Both the position numbers and the translations under genes were made by a program. Below, in pieces: positions 61,171-64,000 of a stretch of DNA of 64,000 nt; position 1 is the first letter of the stretch, and every line of letters starts with the position of its first letter. Location of the stretch: the NCBI RefSeq assembly GCF_006345805.1, contig NC_043005.1, positions 100,068,001 to 100,132,000 of the forward strand. Reading direction: 5' to 3'. The notes beneath the pieces were generated by a model, which saw nothing but the letters and a program-made list of their open reading frames with translations, was not told the origin of the DNA and did not search any database. Origin of the DNA: Octopus sinensis (Eukaryota).

Positions 61171-61446
61171 AACAGTAAAGGTTGTGCCTATAATAGTTGG
61201 TGTACTGGGAACAGTAAGCCAAGAGATAGACAAATGGCTGAAGGAGATTGAAATAGAATGCTCGGTAGAGACCCTACAGAAAGTTTGTCTCTTAGGGACA
61301 GCAAGAATTATCAGAAGGGTTCTATGCACTTGAAAGACTGTTGAAAACTTGTGGATACCTAAGGTTACAGGTAGTAACCCACTACCCACAAAAACTTATC
61401 AGGAATAAGACCAAACCTGAGCCAAACAAAAATAATAATAATAATG

Positions 61447-61838
61447 ATCTCAAATTTTGGCACTAGGCCAGCAATTTCAGGAGAGGGGATAAGTCGATAA
61501 CATTGATCCCAGTGCTCAATTGGTACCTATTTTATCGATCCTGAAAAGGTGAAAGGCAGAGGCAACCATGACGGAATTTGAAACCAGAACATAAAGTCAG
61601 ACAAAATACGTATTTCTTTACTACCCACAAGGGGCTAAACACAGAGGGGACAAACAAGGACAGTCAAAGGGATTAAGTCGATTACATCGACCGCAGTGTG
61701 TAACTGATACTTAATTTATCGACTCTGAAAGGATGAAAGGCAAAGTTGACCTTGGCGGAATTTGAACTCAGAACGTAATGACAGATGAAATATGGCTACG
61801 CATTTCACCAGGCGTGCTAACGTTTCTGCCAGCTCGCC
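61447..61838 (-). mobile_element. Composite SINE B + head-less B2
   Basis: B tail ..GTAAAGAAATAC is joined to GTATTTTGTCTG.. of a B2 body at 61604-61610. Confidence 0.85.
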
Positions 61839-62173
61839 AGAAAAAATACTGCTAAGTATTTTTCCTGAGCTTTAATGATACTTTCTACTAATCTTTGTAG
61901 CAGTATTTGGGTAATGACTAGGCCCACACTGCTGCTCAGTGAAACACTCGCCACGGAAGACCCCTTTAGAGTTTGGGTCTCAAGAACATAGATATGATGG
62001 TTTTTATTTAGCATTACAATCATAAAGAGAACTGTGTTGGTGAGGTGTCACAACCATCAGTGTTTTTATCCGGACATCATCACTACCGGGTTGCCAGCCA
62101 AGGCTAAATAGACCCTCTTCCCTTTGAATTGTTTTTGGGGTATCCATAATGATTAATATTACTGTTATCCTAA

Positions 62174-63283
62174 GGTAGTGAGCTGGCAGAATCATTGGCA
62201 TGCCAGGCAAAATGCCTAGCAATATTTTGTCTGTCTTTACATTCTGAGTTCAAATTCTGCTGAGGTCAGCTTTGCTTTTCATTCTCTTGGGGCCGATAAA
62301 ATAAGCACTAGTTGAATACTGGGGTCGATGTAATTGAGTCATCCCCTCCCCCAAAATTGCTGCCCTTGTGGCAAAATTTGAAATCAGTATTACTATTATC
62401 CTCTGGTGGAAAGCTAGCAGAATTGTTAGGACGCCAGGCAAAATACTTGATAATATTTTATCCATCATTATGTCCTGTACGAAGAAGGCTTGAAATTTTG
62501 TGGGCAGGTGATTACATTGACCCCTTACGCCAGCAATGAACAGGTATTTATTTCATAGACTCCAAAAGGATGAAAGACAAAGTCAACTTTGATAGAATTT
62601 GAACTCAGAGTGTGAGGACAAACAAAATGCTGCTAAGTATTTTGCCCGGTGTACCAACTACAATAGAAATAATTCCTTCTACCACAAGCACAAGGCCAAC
62701 CATTTGAGGTGGGGATTACTTGAGACTGTCAACAGCAATACTTCATTAGTACTTTATATTATTGAAGCTGAAGGGATGATGGACATATATATATAGTGGA
62801 TTGGAGTAATGGGAAATGAAATGTTTTGCCCCAAAACACAACACACTGCTTGGTCTAAGAATTGGAACCGTATTAAAATAGGGATTTCAAATTTTTAGCA
62901 CAAGTTCGATTACATTGACCCTGGTGTTAAATGAAAAGCAAAGTTGACCTAGGTTGAATTTGAACTCAGAATGTGAAGAGGGACAAAAAGCCACTAGGTG
63001 TTTTGCCTGATGTGATGAAGATTCTGCCAGCTTGCCACCTTAAGCCATATTAAAATATTGATTTCAAATTTTGGCACAAGGCCAGCAGGGGAATGGCTAA
63101 GTCGATTACATGGGGCCAATCAATTAGATCGACCCCAGTACACAACTGGTACTTAATTTATCGATCCCGAAAGGATGAAAGACAAAGTTGACCATGGCGG
63201 AATTTGAACTCAGAACGTAAAGACATGAAATACTGCTAAGCATTTCACCCAGCATGCAAATGTGTCTGTCAGCTCACAGCCTT
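62174..63283. mobile_element. Cluster of B2-type SINEs in both orientations
   Basis: Plus copy 62174-62385 and a head fragment near 62405; minus copies at about 62490-62680, 62884-63043 and 63059-63283. Confidence 0.8.
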
Positions 63284-63511
63284 CTAGCTATCTATGTTAA
63301 TTTATATATATCTACATATATAAATATATATATGAATTGCACCTAACTGCTTATATTAATTTATATATATATATATACATACACACATATATATGTAAAT
63401 ACACACACACACACATATATATATATACATACATACACACACACACATATATATACATACATACATACATGCATACATACACATATATATATACATACAT
63501 ACATATATATG

Positions 63512-63563
<52 letters not shown>

Positions 63564-63983
63564 ACAGCATCAAGGAGAATTAAGTTAAACCTTTGGGGGG
63601 TTCATTATTAGAGAAAGTGTTTTCCAGAGATAGTTAAAAGAAGGTAAAGTGAATGGGAAGAGAGGAAGAAAAAGGAACAAGAATTACAGAGATGGATGAA
63701 GGATTGGACAGACTTAAAACCAATGAATACGTAAGGAGTGAAAAAGGAAGATCAAAATGGCTGTCCATGCCTTTGAACTTGCAGGGAACTTGGGTATGTG
63801 TTGTGTGTGTTTGTATGCATTGTGTGTGTGTGTGTGTGTGTGTGCGTGTTTTGTGTGTGTATATTCATGCTTATGTGTGTGTGTGTGCATCTCTGGTTCC
63901 CATATACCATTTGCTTGACAACATCATTTGAGAACAGAGTAAATTTTAATATCTTAAAGACGAGACTAGAAATCTTCCTCATA

Positions 63984-64000
63984 GGCGCAGGTGTGGCTGT
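63984..64000 (+). mobile_element. Probable start of a family A/D SINE cut by the window end
   Basis: GGCGCAGGTGTGGCTGT matches the family A head (17 bp only). Confidence 0.5.

Larger units (their letters stand above)
60282..61430 (+). mobile_element. R4/Dong-like retrotransposon 3' part (family 3): CCHC knuckle + restriction-like endonuclease
   Basis: PLHDQF, WAWLKKG, LIVAAQNQA, CRACESWNETVAHIVPGC (C-x2-C-x8-H-x4-C, 60589-60642), KILWDFPIQ..NRADV, VVPIIVGVLGT..LQKVCLLGTARIIRRVL*; ends in (AAT)n. Confidence 0.9.

Overview
AT-rich, repeat-saturated animal genomic DNA. The SINE repertoire and microsatellite load look like an octopus/coleoid cephalopod (my inference). I could not confidently recognise any host gene, tRNA, rRNA or CRISPR array, and nearly all long ORFs in the track are microsatellite artefacts or transposon fragments. 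Recognisable content: two Penelope-like elements (one retains RT plus GIY-YIG, 2039-4455), a full-length defective DD41D Tc1/mariner element, mariner/hAT/pogo/piggyBac/Helentron-type fragments and MITEs, CR1/L2-group and RTE LINE fragments, three R4/Dong-like retrotransposon 3' ends stacked in a (TAA)n tract (57.9-61.4 kb), and dozens of tRNA-derived SINEs. The family labels A, B, B2, D, E and X are my own working names. Best leads: (1) three minimal hammerhead-ribozyme-like motifs, one at the centre of a 170-bp fold-back insertion; (2) a GGATCTTTTC-ended, 8-bp-TSD (Merlin-like) MITE family that includes a 51-bp member; (3) the TAA-targeted retroelement pile-up with an unclassified non-coding passenger; (4) a variable-copy ~62-bp repeat in an RTE 3' UTR; (5) SINE-into-SINE joins at one fixed motif; (6) a twin-priming-type inversion; (7) a local inverted duplication. 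Coordinates were read by eye, so decayed ends may be off by some bases.
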